The notes beneath the pieces are model-generated. The model had not been told where the DNA came from. It saw only the letters and a list, made by a program, of their open reading frames with translations, and made no database searches. Of a stretch of DNA of 64,000 nt, positions 45,924 to 57,788 are shown one piece after another. Both the position numbers and the translations under genes were made by a program. This DNA is from Eledone cirrhosa (taxonomy: Eukaryota). Position 1 is the stretch's first letter. Each line of letters opens with the position of its first letter. Where the stretch lies: contig OZ024742.1 of assembly GCA_964016885.1 (NCBI GenBank), positions 92,070,001-92,134,000 on the forward strand, written 5' to 3'.

Positions 45924-46181
45924 AATAATTGTTTCTACATTTGGCACAAGGCCAGCAATTATCCAGTGCATTACTGGTACTTTATTTCAACGACCTCGTA
46001 AGGATAAAGGGCAAAGTTGACCTCGGCGGGATTTGAACTCAGACCGTAAAGGGCCGCAATTCTATGCTGCAAAGCATGGCGTCCGACCTTCTACCAAGAC
46101 TGCCAATTAGAAATAATTGTTTCTACTTTTGGCACAAGGCCAGCAATTATCCCAGTGTATTACTGGTACTTTATTTTATCG
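45924..46181 (-). mobile_element. tRNA-derived SINE plus adjacent 3' fragment
   Basis: Reverse complement of the family consensus. Confidence 0.8.
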
Positions 46182-46692
46182 GTATAATGCTACAAGAATA
46201 TATAACAAAATGACACCAGCTTATCTTACAAAACTATTGTATAATGTGAAATAATGAATACAATGTTTTATTTCAAGGTGCGTCATCGTGCTGAGAATGA
46301 AGCAGCACCGCTTTAAATCTGCATTGTGTCGCAATTAACCGAATTAGTCGAAGATTAATGAAGTACTGAGTTTTTTTTAGTCAGCTGATCGAATTCCTAA
46401 CTATCTGTGTCTCTGTGTTCTCTTAAAAATATATAAAACTTATGTAAATACGTAACTGGCGTCAAAACCGTTTTTATATATATTGTATCAGCAGAAAATG
46501 CACACATTTATATAACACGAACAAACAGATGTATTGTTACTTCGTCAGTCACCTTGGTGCCGATGAAGTTTCACGCATTGGGGTGGTACAGTTGGTTTGA
46601 TGCATGTGAGACGATAACAAAACAAAGAATAGACAGGAAAAATTGGGTGGACAACCTACTGTGCATGTATATAGACAGCACAAGATGTGGTG

Positions 46693-46739
<47 letters not shown>

Positions 46740-47545
46740 AAGCCACATTCGATCGCAGCGCTGTTAATTTCTATCGTGTGTGTGTGTGTGTGTGTGTGTA
46801 TAGATATGTTTATGTGTGTGCGTGTGTGTGTATATATATATATGTATATTATTATTGTTGTTGTTGTCGTTATTATTATTGTTGTTAATATTATTATTAT
46901 TGTTATTATTATGTTTTTTTGTTTTTTTTTCCTCGTGCAATGGCCATACTCGATAACGAGGGGGAAGCCATCATGTATGTATGTGTGTGTGTGTTTATGT
47001 TTGTGTCTGTGTTTATATCCCGTAACGTAGCGGTTCAATTGAAAAGAGATCGTGAGGAAACCAGACTGGTTATGCTCCCTGGTGCGGAAAAAAAGAAATG
47101 AATGACAAAGAAATATTGAATAATATTAATAAATCGTAAGTAAAAACGAATATTTTATCTCAGAAGAGGGCGGAAAAAACTCACGAAAATTTCTGTTTTT
47201 CTCACAGAAAACCTTGAAAATAGTCACAAGCTCTGGGTTTAAACAGAAAACACTGCACAGATGCACAGGTGCAATTTTCTGCATTATATTGTTGTCTTCC
47301 AGTCTGAATAATAAATGTAAACATGACTAATAACTTCTAGGATTCACACAACAGTATCAATGTGAAAGGTAGATGTAAATATGAATAGTTGTTTTTAAGT
47401 ACTTCATTACACATACTAATGAGTAAGGTAGTAAGATTAATGAAGGATATAATACATATATACATACATACATCCGTGCATGCATACATACATACATACA
47501 TACATACATACATACATACATACATACATACATACATACATACAT

Positions 47546-47990
47546 GCAGACTTTCACCAAATTAAAGCACAGCCGGCCTATGTTGTTGCTTGGAACCACA
47601 CATTGAAATTGTGCTCTATTGTAGACATCAGCTGCCCACATAATGTCAAGGTTTCAAGAAAAATACAGGAGGAGGACATCTAAGGACCATTGGTGAGGAG
47701 TCTGCAGATCCAGTATCCAAGATACACCTTCAACTTTATGCCCATCATGATTGGAGCTACAGGTTATATACCAACCCGCTTGGACCAAAGTATGACTGAA
47801 CTTGGATTTGTGAACAAAGAGCGCAGTTCCCTAATTCATCGATCACAAATGGCTGCGATATGGCTGGCACCTTAAAAACTTGCAAAACATTCTTGCGATT
47901 CAAGGGATGAACAACTTCATTTCTTTTACAACCTTGCCACCAGGAAGGTGGCCGGACAAAAATGTACTCGAAATTAAGAGAAAGAGAAAC
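47546..47990 (+). mobile_element. 3' end of an R4/Dong-like RLE LINE
   Basis: WNHTLKLCSIVDISCP...FMPIMIGATGYIP; (CATA)n on both sides. Confidence 0.75.
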
Positions 47991-48023
47991 ATTCATACAT
48001 ACATACATACATACATACATACA

Positions 48024-50080
48024 TGGTGGCTGCCAACTCGTTTTCGAGTACAGCCACTACTTTATATCCATGTAGGAGAACCCCTACCAATGCGCTGAAC
48101 GAGTGTGACTTTTTAGTCCAGCCAGCGACTTGAAAACTCTGGTACAAACACTACACTTGTGACAATTATTGACACATAGTGCTGGGCCCATGGTACCATG
48201 TGATGACAAGTGCAGAGAGATCTCCAGATATAAAGCAATGCCTGTGCCGTGAAGCTTTTATAGTGAGCAAAGGCACTGCACAAAGCCAGTCCCACTCTCT
48301 TAACCAAGATGATATTTACCAAAAAGAAGAACAAGTCAACATCATTGGATACCATCAGGGTTGCAGGTGTTATATCAGAGTTTTTCTTCTCCTAGAATTC
48401 TGCCTTGACAAAGGCTAAGGGGTCATCTCTCCCAGTGATTTTAGATGGCCATTGACTCTTAAGAGCTCCTTTGCCCTTTGACATATACATACATATATAC
48501 ACATACACATATACATACACATACACATACATATACATACATACATACACACACACATACATACATATATACACACATACATACATATATATACACATAC
48601 ATATATATACACATACACACATACACACATACATACATACATACATATATACATACATACACATATACATACATATACATATACATACATATACACATAC
48701 ATACACATATACATACATATATATACATACAAACTCCCTCCCACACCAGTGGCCAACCTATACAGGCTGGAGATAAAATGTGTAGCAACAAGGGCGGTGC
48801 CCCAGCATGGCCTCAGCCGGATGGCTGAAACAGGTAAAAGAGTAAAAGAGTATATATACATATACATACATACACATATACATATATACACATACATATA
48901 CATACATACACATATATATACACATATACATATACATACATACATACATATACATATATACACATATACATATATATACACATACATATACATATACACA
49001 TACATATACACACATATACATATACATATATACATACATACACATACACATATATATACATATACACATACATAAATATACACATACATACATATACACA
49101 TATACATACATATACATACACATACACATACATACATATACATATACATACATACACATATACATATACATACATACACACATATATACATACATACACA
49201 CATACATATACATATATACATACATATACATACATACATATATACATATACACACACATATACATACATACACATATACATATACATATACATATACATA
49301 GACATACATACATACATATATACATATACATACATACACACATACATATACATATATATATACATATACATACATACACACATACATTTACATACATACA
49401 TATACATACATATATACATATACATATATATGGTGGCTGCCAACTTGTTTTCGAGTACGGCCACTACTTTATATCCATGTAGGAGAACCCCTACCGATGC
49501 GCTGAACGAGTGTGACTTTTTAGTCCAGCCAGCGACTTGAAAACTCTGGTACAAACACTACACTTGTGACAATTATTGACACATAGTGCTTTACCTTTGG
49601 TACCATGTGACGACAAGTGCAGAGAGATCTCCAGATACAAAGCAATGCCTGTGCCATGAAGCTTTTATAGTGAGCAAAGGCACTGCACAAAGCCAGTCCC
49701 ACTCTCTTAACCAAGATGATATTTACCAAAAAGAAGAACAAGTCAACATCATTGGATACCATCAGGGTTGCAGGTGTTATATCAGAGTTTTCCTTCTCCT
49801 AGAATTCTGCCTTGACAAAGGCTAAGGGGTAATCTCTCCCAGTGATTTTGGATGGCCATTGACTCTTAAGAGCTCCTTTGCCCTTTGACAGGTTTTGTTT
49901 TTAGTCCTGCAGGATGTCCAAAGTCACCCTCCTCACCAAGAAACCTTGGTGGGGTTGCCAGTTTAGTCGCCAACGACCCGACCATGAGACAGGTTGTACT
50001 GGGATACATGTTACCAGTAGCACCAAGTGGTGACCATACATACATACATACATACATACATACATACATACATACATACA

Positions 50081-50113
<33 letters not shown>

Positions 50114-51316
50114 GATGGCTGCCAACTCGTTTTTCGAGTACGGCCACTACTTTATATCCATGTAGGAAAACCCCTACCGATGCGCTGAACGAGTGAAGGG
50201 CTTTTTAATCCAGCTAGCGACTTGAAAACTCTGGCAATTATTGACACATAGTGCTGGGCCCATGGTACCATGTGACGACAAGTGCAGAGAGATCTCCAGA
50301 TATAAAGCAATGCCTGTGCCGTGAAACTTTTATAGTGAGCAAAGGCACTGCACAAAGCCAGTCCCACTCTCTTAACCAAGATGATATATATCAAAAAGAA
50401 GAACAAGTCAACATCATTGGATACCATCAGGGTTGCAGGTGTTATATCAGAGTTTTCCTTCTCCTAGAATTCTGCCTTGTCAAAGGCTAAGGGGTCATCT
50501 CTCCCAGTGATTTTGGATGGCCATTGACTCTTAAGAGCTCCTTTGCCCTTTGACAGGTTTTGGTTTTAGTCCTGCAGGATGTCCAAAGTCACCCTCCTCA
50601 CCAAGAAACCTTGGTGGGGTTGCCAGTTTAGTCGCCAACGACCCGACCATGGGACAGGTTGTACTGGGATACATGTTACCAGTAGCACCAACTGGTGACC
50701 TGACATACATACATACATACATACATGGTGGCTGCCAACTTGTTTTCGAGTACGGCCACTACTTTATATCCATGTAGGAGAACCCCTACCGATGCGCTGA
50801 ACGAGTGTGACTTTTTAGTCCAGCCAGCGACTTGAAAACTCTGGTACAAACACTACACTTGTGACAATTATCGACACATAGTGCTTTGCCTTTGGTACCA
50901 TGTGATGACATGTGCAGAGAGATCTCCAGATATAAAGCAATGCCTGTGCCGTGAAGCTTTTATAGTGAGCAAAGGCACTGCACAAAGCCAGTCCCACTCT
51001 CTTAACCAAGATGATATTTACCAAAAAGAAGAACAAGTCAACATCATTGGATACCATCAGGGTTGCAGGTGTTATATCAGAGTTTTCTTTCTCCTAGAAT
51101 TCTGCCTTGACAAAGGCTAAGGGGTCATCTCTCCCAGTGATTTTGGATGGCCATTGACTCTTAAGAGCTCCTTTGCCCTTTGACAGGTTTTGTTTTTAGT
51201 CCTGCAGGATGTCCAAAGTCACCCTCCTCACCAAGAAACCTTGGTGGGGTTGCCAGTTTAGTCACCAACGACCCGACCATGAGACAGGTTGTACTGGGAT
51301 ACATGTTACCAGTAGC
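48024..51316 (-). mobile_element. Cluster of four RTE-derived bipartite elements (48024-48482, 49431-50035, 50113-50703, 50726-51316)
   Basis: Same sequence and orientation as the 22.5-kb cluster, separated by (CATA)n or complex microsatellite. Confidence 0.85.
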
Positions 51317-51392
51317 AACATACATACATACATACATACATACATACATACATACATACATACATACATACATACATACATACATACATACA

Positions 51393-51790
51393 TTGAACCA
51401 CACATTGGACCACACATTGAAAACGTGTTCTGTTGTGGAGATCAGCTGCCCACTTGCTGTAAACGTTGTCAGAAAAATACAGGAGAAGGAGGACATCTAC
51501 GGACCATTGATGAGGAGTTTACAAATCCAGTATCCAAGATACACCTTTAGCTTCATACCCATCATTATTGGAGCTACGGGTTATATACCAACCCGCTTGG
51601 ACCAAAGTATGACTGAACTTGGATTTGCGGACAAAGAGCGCAGCTCCCTAATTCATAGTCTACAAATGGCTGCGATATGGCTGGCACCTTCAAAATTTGC
51701 AAAACATTCTTCGATTCAAGGGATGACAATTTCTTTTCAGGAAGGTAGCCGGTCAAATAAATATACTCGAAATTAAGAGAAAGAGATAAC
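51393..51790 (+). mobile_element. 3' end of an R4/Dong-like RLE LINE
   Basis: HTLKTCSVVEISCP...KIQEKEDIYGPL...FIPIIIGATGYIP; (CATA)n on both sides; same family as the 47546 copy. Confidence 0.75.
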
Positions 51791-52225
51791 ATACATAGGT
51801 ATTTGGAAGTAAACGCTGCAAAGTGTTGTACATATTACGTAATATATGACTGTAGCCTGATGACGTCCGTCATCCTTATATATTTAGTAGATTCAGGTTA
51901 GTTGCTGCTTTGCTGGAAGGGTAGTGATATCATTTTGAAGGATTGTTTGGTTTTTACTTTGTCATGTGTGGGTCTGGTGAGTGAGGTTTTATGTAGATTT
52001 ATTGATTGCGTTTGTAGGAGTTCGTAGATAGCGTTGTATTGATGCAGCTTTGTTTAGGTTCGAGTTAAGTCAAATAACAGTCATAGGTACACACACAGAC
52101 ACACACACAATGAGAGAGGGAGGGAGAGAGTGAAATGTATTGAACAAGTATCACAATGATGCCCAAATTAATAACAATATTGTGTTATTTTCACAGCTTT
52201 TGAAGGGTAAGAAGTATATATATGT

Positions 52226-52279
<54 letters not shown>

Positions 52280-52621
52280 TATATATTATCTGTATATTAT
52301 TGAAACGGAAATAATCCTTAGAGCTAGTCACAAACCTTTAATTTGGTCTGTTTTTTTTCCATAAGAGCATAATATTTGAAGCACCAGGATTATTAACAAT
52401 AACCGTTATAGAGTCAATGCATGTAGCGGAGTTTCTCATATTTCTATAAAAACTTCACATGGGCTTTTCTTTTCTTTCCATTTTTGATGTCCGCCATTTC
52501 ATAAATGATCAATACTAACAATGCAATAACTTACCAGAGTTATATTGAAGTGAACGGCAGCCAACACACATGCTTACCATTGTCTGAATGGATTATTAGG
52601 CGCACGCGTTCATGTGTATGA

Positions 52622-52747
<126 letters not shown>

Positions 52748-53117
52748 AAGAGAATGATATAGTTATATCTGTATAAATACAGAGTGTGAAACAGAAATTG
52801 CGCCACCTTGTATAAATATATTCACATATCTATGTATAAATATATACACATGCCAATGTATTTCAGCGTGCATGTTAGTTTCTATGTGAGTGTATGTGTG
52901 AGTGTGAGAATGTGTGAATGTATGTGTATATAAGGTAGCGAATGCATGCGTGTTTGTGCGTGTAGTGTTTGTGTGTGTGTGAAACTGCATGTGTGAGAAC
53001 GCATGTTTGTGTGTTTTGCGCATATGTCTTCGTGTGCGCATTCATATCTTGTGCAGCCTTAACTCAGTTTTGATGATACCGACCAGTGATATGCAGACTC
53101 TCATTTCTATTATAATA

Positions 53118-53171
<54 letters not shown>

Positions 53172-53251
53172 TCGGATCTAGCTGTCGAAACGGCCGGAGC
53201 TCAGTCGTCGGGGTCCTGACTTTTTTCATATATATATATATATATATATAT

Positions 53252-53437
53252 GAAAAAGTATGACCCCGATGGCAGAGCTCAAGCCGTTTCGACGGCTATT
53301 GTCCAGAAATAGCCGTCGAAACGGCTTGAGCTCTGCCGTCGGGGTCATACTTTTTCCTATGTTCCACTCTACTACCCTAAGTATTGAGTACTCTGGTGCG
53401 TTATGGTCCATCTGGTTCCTTACCACAATTCCTTTGT
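53252..53437 (+). mobile_element. Fold-back PLE terminal fragment (family B)
   Basis: ~49-bp arms around a GTCCAGA loop (53252-53356) plus tail. Single-arm relatives at 53170-53227 (+), 13025-13082 (-) and 8571-8598 (+). Confidence 0.7.
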
Positions 53438-53474
<37 letters not shown>

Positions 53475-53477
53475 GTG

Positions 53478-53686
53478 TGTGAGAAAAATCACAGACCCTC
53501 CATCTCAACTCTAATTTTGAAAAGCAGAACTGCGAAACCGGTAAAGGAACCAAATAAATATATATATTTTTTTTAAAAATAAGACTCCAGTTGCATTTTC
53601 GATTTCATCTTTTTTTTCTTTATACTTTCACTCGTGTAGGACACCTCGGTTATTTTTCATTTTGTAAAAAAAACCTCACTTTCTAA
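53478..53686 (+). mobile_element. Family A PLE fragment
   Basis: Homologous to 3736-3943 and retains TTGAAAA...GAAACCGGTA. Confidence 0.75.
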
Positions 53687-53695
53687 TATATATAT

Positions 53696-54478
53696 AGGCG
53701 CATCTGCACTATAGCAACACACCCCGTACTACAAGAAAATAGATTATGTGACCTGAAAAAATTCCTTAAAAAACAAGAATACCCGATGAAACTCATCAAC
53801 GCAGCCATCTCCAAGGCTAAGAACATCCCAATAACAACACTGAGAAAACCAAACCCACAACATAAAAAAGAAAACCCTGCTATCTCTTTTGTCATCACTC
53901 ACAACCCAGGGAACATCAACATTGTGAAAACTGCTAAGCAGTATCTCCCGATTCTACAGCAATCTACCAAAATGAATGCACTCTTAAAAAACACACAGAT
54001 AATTTATAGCAGACGCCAAGCACCCAACCTTAAAAAACTAATTACCAAGGCAAAATTTACGACCAACATGGAATCAATACAAGTGACGAAATGCGGGGAC
54101 CCTAGATGTGGAACCTGTGAACTCATCGAAGAGGGCAAACAGTTGTCATTCAAAAACCATGATAATTTCAAGGTCAATGCTAACATGAACTGCAAAACGA
54201 AAAACCTAATATATTGCGCAACATGTCCACAGTGTAAAGAGTATTACATTGGGGAAACCGGAACGGGATTACATGATAGAGTCCGGGTACATAAACAACA
54301 GATTAAAGACCCCACAGTCAGAAATACCACATGTAGCGCACACTTTGCATCATGCGGGAAGGGAAAATTCACAATCTTCCCTTTCTTCAAGATATGGTCG
54401 GATAACGAACATTTCCGCAGATATAAAGAAGAATTCTTCATTGAAAAATTTAAACCACTACTGAACACGAAAAAATGA
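53696..54478 (+). pseudogene. 5'-truncated duplicate of the PLE ORF2 C-terminus (GIY-YIG) in the 5' pseudo-LTR
   Basis: The 230-aa ORF 53786-54478 is identical to the last 230 aa of 57749-60016. Confidence 0.92.
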
Positions 54479-54624
54479 ATTAACACTCGGAGGTAAAATT
54501 CCATTTCACTACCCCCCCCCCCTCTTCTTATGTGTACACATGAATATCTGAATGAACGGTGAGACACACACATATATGTGTGTAGGGATGTATGGATGTA
54601 TGTATGTGTGGTATATATGTATGT

Positions 54625-54680
<56 letters not shown>

Positions 54681-54703
54681 GTACGGATGTGTGTATGTTT
54701 GTA

Positions 54704-54746
<43 letters not shown>

Positions 54747-54823
54747 GTATATATATATATGTATGTGTGTATGTGTGTATATATATATATGTATGTATGT
54801 ACATGTATGTGTATGTTTGTATA

Positions 54824-54866
<43 letters not shown>

Positions 54867-55110
54867 ATAGATATGTATGTTTATGTGTGTGTGTATGTAT
54901 GTGTATGTACCTATATATATGTGTGTGTGTGTGTATGTATGTGCATATATGTATATATGTATGTGTGTATGTATGTGTGTGTATGTGTATATATATGTAT
55001 ATATATATGTATGTATATATGTATATATATATATATATGTATGTATGTACATGTATGTGTATGTATGTATGTGTGTATGTATGTACTTGTATGTGTATGT
55101 GTATGTGTAT

Positions 55111-55173
<63 letters not shown>

Positions 55174-55308
55174 TATATGTATGTGTATATATATGTATAT
55201 GGATATATATGTATGTGTATGTGTATGTGTATATGTGTGTATGTGTCTGTATGTGTTTATGTGTACATATGTGTATATGTATGTGTATGTATGTGTGTAT
55301 ATATATAG

Positions 55309-55348
<40 letters not shown>

Positions 55349-55608
55349 GCCTCTCTCTTTATATGTGTATATATATATAGATGTATGTGTGTATGTGTGT
55401 GTATGTATGCATGTATGTGTGAACGGAGGGGGTATGTATACGGACATATGTATATATGTGTGTGTGTGAGTGCGTGTGTGTGTGTATACACGTGTGTGTG
55501 TGTGTGTGTGTGTATGTGTGCGTATATGTGTATATATGTATATTTAGTTATGCATCTTTATGTGTGTATATGTATGTATATGTATGTATGTATATGTATG
55601 TATATATG

Positions 55609-55639
<31 letters not shown>

Positions 55640-55682
55640 ATATATATATATGTGTGTGTGTATGTGTGTGTATGTATATATG

Positions 55683-55727
<45 letters not shown>

Positions 55728-56269
55728 ATGTGTATATATATATGTGTATATATATATATATATACCCATGTGGAGGTATGAGTACATATTCGTGTGTGTA
55801 CGTATGTGTATGTGTGTTTTTATATGTGTCTCTATATGTTTTTGTGTATGTATTTGTACATGGGTGTGTGATTGATGGTGTGTGCCTATATATTCCTACA
55901 TATGCCCGTGTGTGTATGTACGTATATGCGCACATATGTGTGTGTTGAACAAAGGACTAACTTTGGGATGGACGTAAAAAAATTCTTCAGGAAAAAAAGA
56001 AAAAAATAATTATTCACAAACTTGACAGGTGCGATTTGCCTGTGACCATTCTCAACACAAAAGCAATACTAAAAGCTTTTTCCCCTGAATAAAGGAATTT
56101 TTCGAGAGTGACCGGGGCAGGCCGCACTTGCTACATTTCTCCCCACCCAACCCTACTCACCGTCTCAACTCATTACTGCTATGAACACTTTTTCAACACA
56201 CCTACACCCATGCACTTATTAAAGGGGGAGAAAAGAAACCCCCACCACACCACAGACATGTTAAATCCC

Positions 56270-56305
56270 TATATATAGAACAACACACCACATACACATC
56301 AGTTT
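56270..56305 (+). promoter_or_regulatory. TATA box + initiator of the PLE (second copy ~61864-61899)
   Basis: TATATATAGAA at 56270 and TCAGTTT with A at 56301, i.e. TATA at -31, about 270 nt upstream of the ORF1 ATG. Confidence 0.65.
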
Positions 56306-56574
56306 GACAAGCGCACCTCAGCGTGAAAGGTCTTTCTAAAGACGAAACAATACCTCCTACGTTAACCAAGAACTCCTAAGACCTAACCAACAACCAACAA
56401 CTTAATTTATAAAATAATTTTTTTTAAGAAAAATTCTTTTTGGATTTTGTGAAGAAAATAAATTTGTTGAAAGCACAAGTGAAGCCATTTTTTCTTCCCC
56501 CCTGTCTTAATATACCTAACTGTACCAAGGATTACACACATTTTCCAATATTCTATCCCCTTGTACAAGACAGA

Positions 56575-57788
56575 ATGGCTAACACACGTTCAAAATCCTC
56601 TACTGAATCCCTCAAATCGGATACACTACTACAGGAAATATCAGAAAAACTCACCATAATAATTGATAAATATGATTCCCTTACGAATGCCGTACAAGAA
56701 ATGGAACAACAAACACGCAGCTATAGGGAAAAACTTGATTCACTAATTACAGACCGGCAAAAACAAGAACAAACCTTTTCTTCTGAAATAGCTACACATG
56801 AACAGAACTCCATCACCAATAATGCATTCAAAGAATGGAATGAACTGAACTTAGAAAAAGAAGCCTACAGAAAAAGAAACCAAATGAATAACATTTGGAA
56901 CCCATTATTAAATCAAAGGAAACAGGCATACTGGAAAGCTTGAGGAGTGAAAACCTAGCAGACACATACGAAATATGGCGTAGCAAGGAACCAGTTATCC
57001 TCCCGAGAAAATTCCGAATTAAAGAAATACCATCGGAATCAAAGGAAGAAACTGCAACAAGACTAAATCTAGCACTCCAAACACTTGAGACCGAAATCAC
57101 CCTACTCCGCCTAAGAGTGCCAAAATTCAAAGAGAAATTTGAAAAATGCGACACCACCATCCAAGAGGAAATAAACAAAAGAAGCAGCGGCAATGTACGG
57201 GAAAAACTCCTTAACCTATGGCAGACAGATACAACTAGAGAGGAGTTAAAATCAAAGAAAATCTTGGAGTCAAGAACTCAATGGCTTCAAGAATATGAAG
57301 ATAACTATGGGAAAGACCAAATAAAACCCAGAAAACAAACCCATAGGAAACCCCAGAACTCAGGAAAATACAACAACACAAGAAATGAAGCACCCACACA
57401 CAATAAACCAACAACAACCAGATATTGGGTAACCCCAAACACACAACTACATATAGACCCAATACTCAACATCAGAACCAGATACAACCACTGCCATAAC
57501 ACCAAGAACAATCACCGGAGACAAAATCAAAGACACATGAATACTGAACGAATCAACAGAAGAACCAGACCCCCATACAGCAACGGCCACGCAAGAGTCT
57601 ATCGCCCAACCAGTTACCGACATGAAGTTCCGACGGGCCAAAGGTTTCACCACAACAGAAACACCCCTATCCCAAATGGCCCCCTTTTTTTAGGACTAGG
57701 GGCCTCGCACCAAATGAAAGAAAAAAAGAAAAAAGCACCACCTTTCAAGTGGCACCTGACGAGAAAGAACCAATCGAACCAAAAATAA
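56575..57788 (+). CDS. PLE ORF1, coiled-coil-like protein with basic low-complexity C-terminus; one frame break at ~56940
   Basis: ATG at 56575 (MANTRSKS...), heptad-rich K/E/L/Q sequence. Part a ends YWKA* (56943) and part b continues LRSENLADTYEIW in the -1 frame, consistent with a 1-nt deletion or sequencing error. Confidence 0.7.
57686..57692 (+). promoter_or_regulatory. Candidate -1 ribosomal frameshift heptamer U UUU UUA joining ORF1 to ORF2
   Basis: In phase with ORF1 codons (CTT TTT TTA GGA). The -1 frame (RTRGLAPNERKKEKSTTFQVAPDEK...) is stop-free into ORF2. Confidence 0.65.

Noticed and set aside
48024-51316. Repeated units separated by variable sequence, superficially CRISPR-like; repeated 79-80 aa ORFs
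   Set aside because: Units are ~600-bp retroposon copies with variable 5' truncation, the spacers are microsatellites, there are no cas genes, and the small ORFs are incidental.
51857-51885. CTGATGA core
   Set aside because: No stem II, GAAA or stem III follows.
52490-52612. Possible minus-strand exon (two GTAAG donors) and CCGCCATTT YY1-like motif
   Set aside because: Short motifs expected by chance; no acceptor or coding support.
56318-56365. HHR-like motif after the PLE TSS (GTGAAAG GTCTTT ct AAAGAC GAAAC), and another at 56082-56116
   Set aside because: The core deviates from YUGANRA and stems I and III cannot be completed convincingly; at most relics.
56941-56943. TGA in ORF1 as selenocysteine or readthrough (as in Naiad PLEs), or a second programmed frameshift
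   Set aside because: The same frame hits TAG four codons later, and there is no properly phased X XXY YYZ heptamer nearby. A 1-nt deletion or error is simpler.
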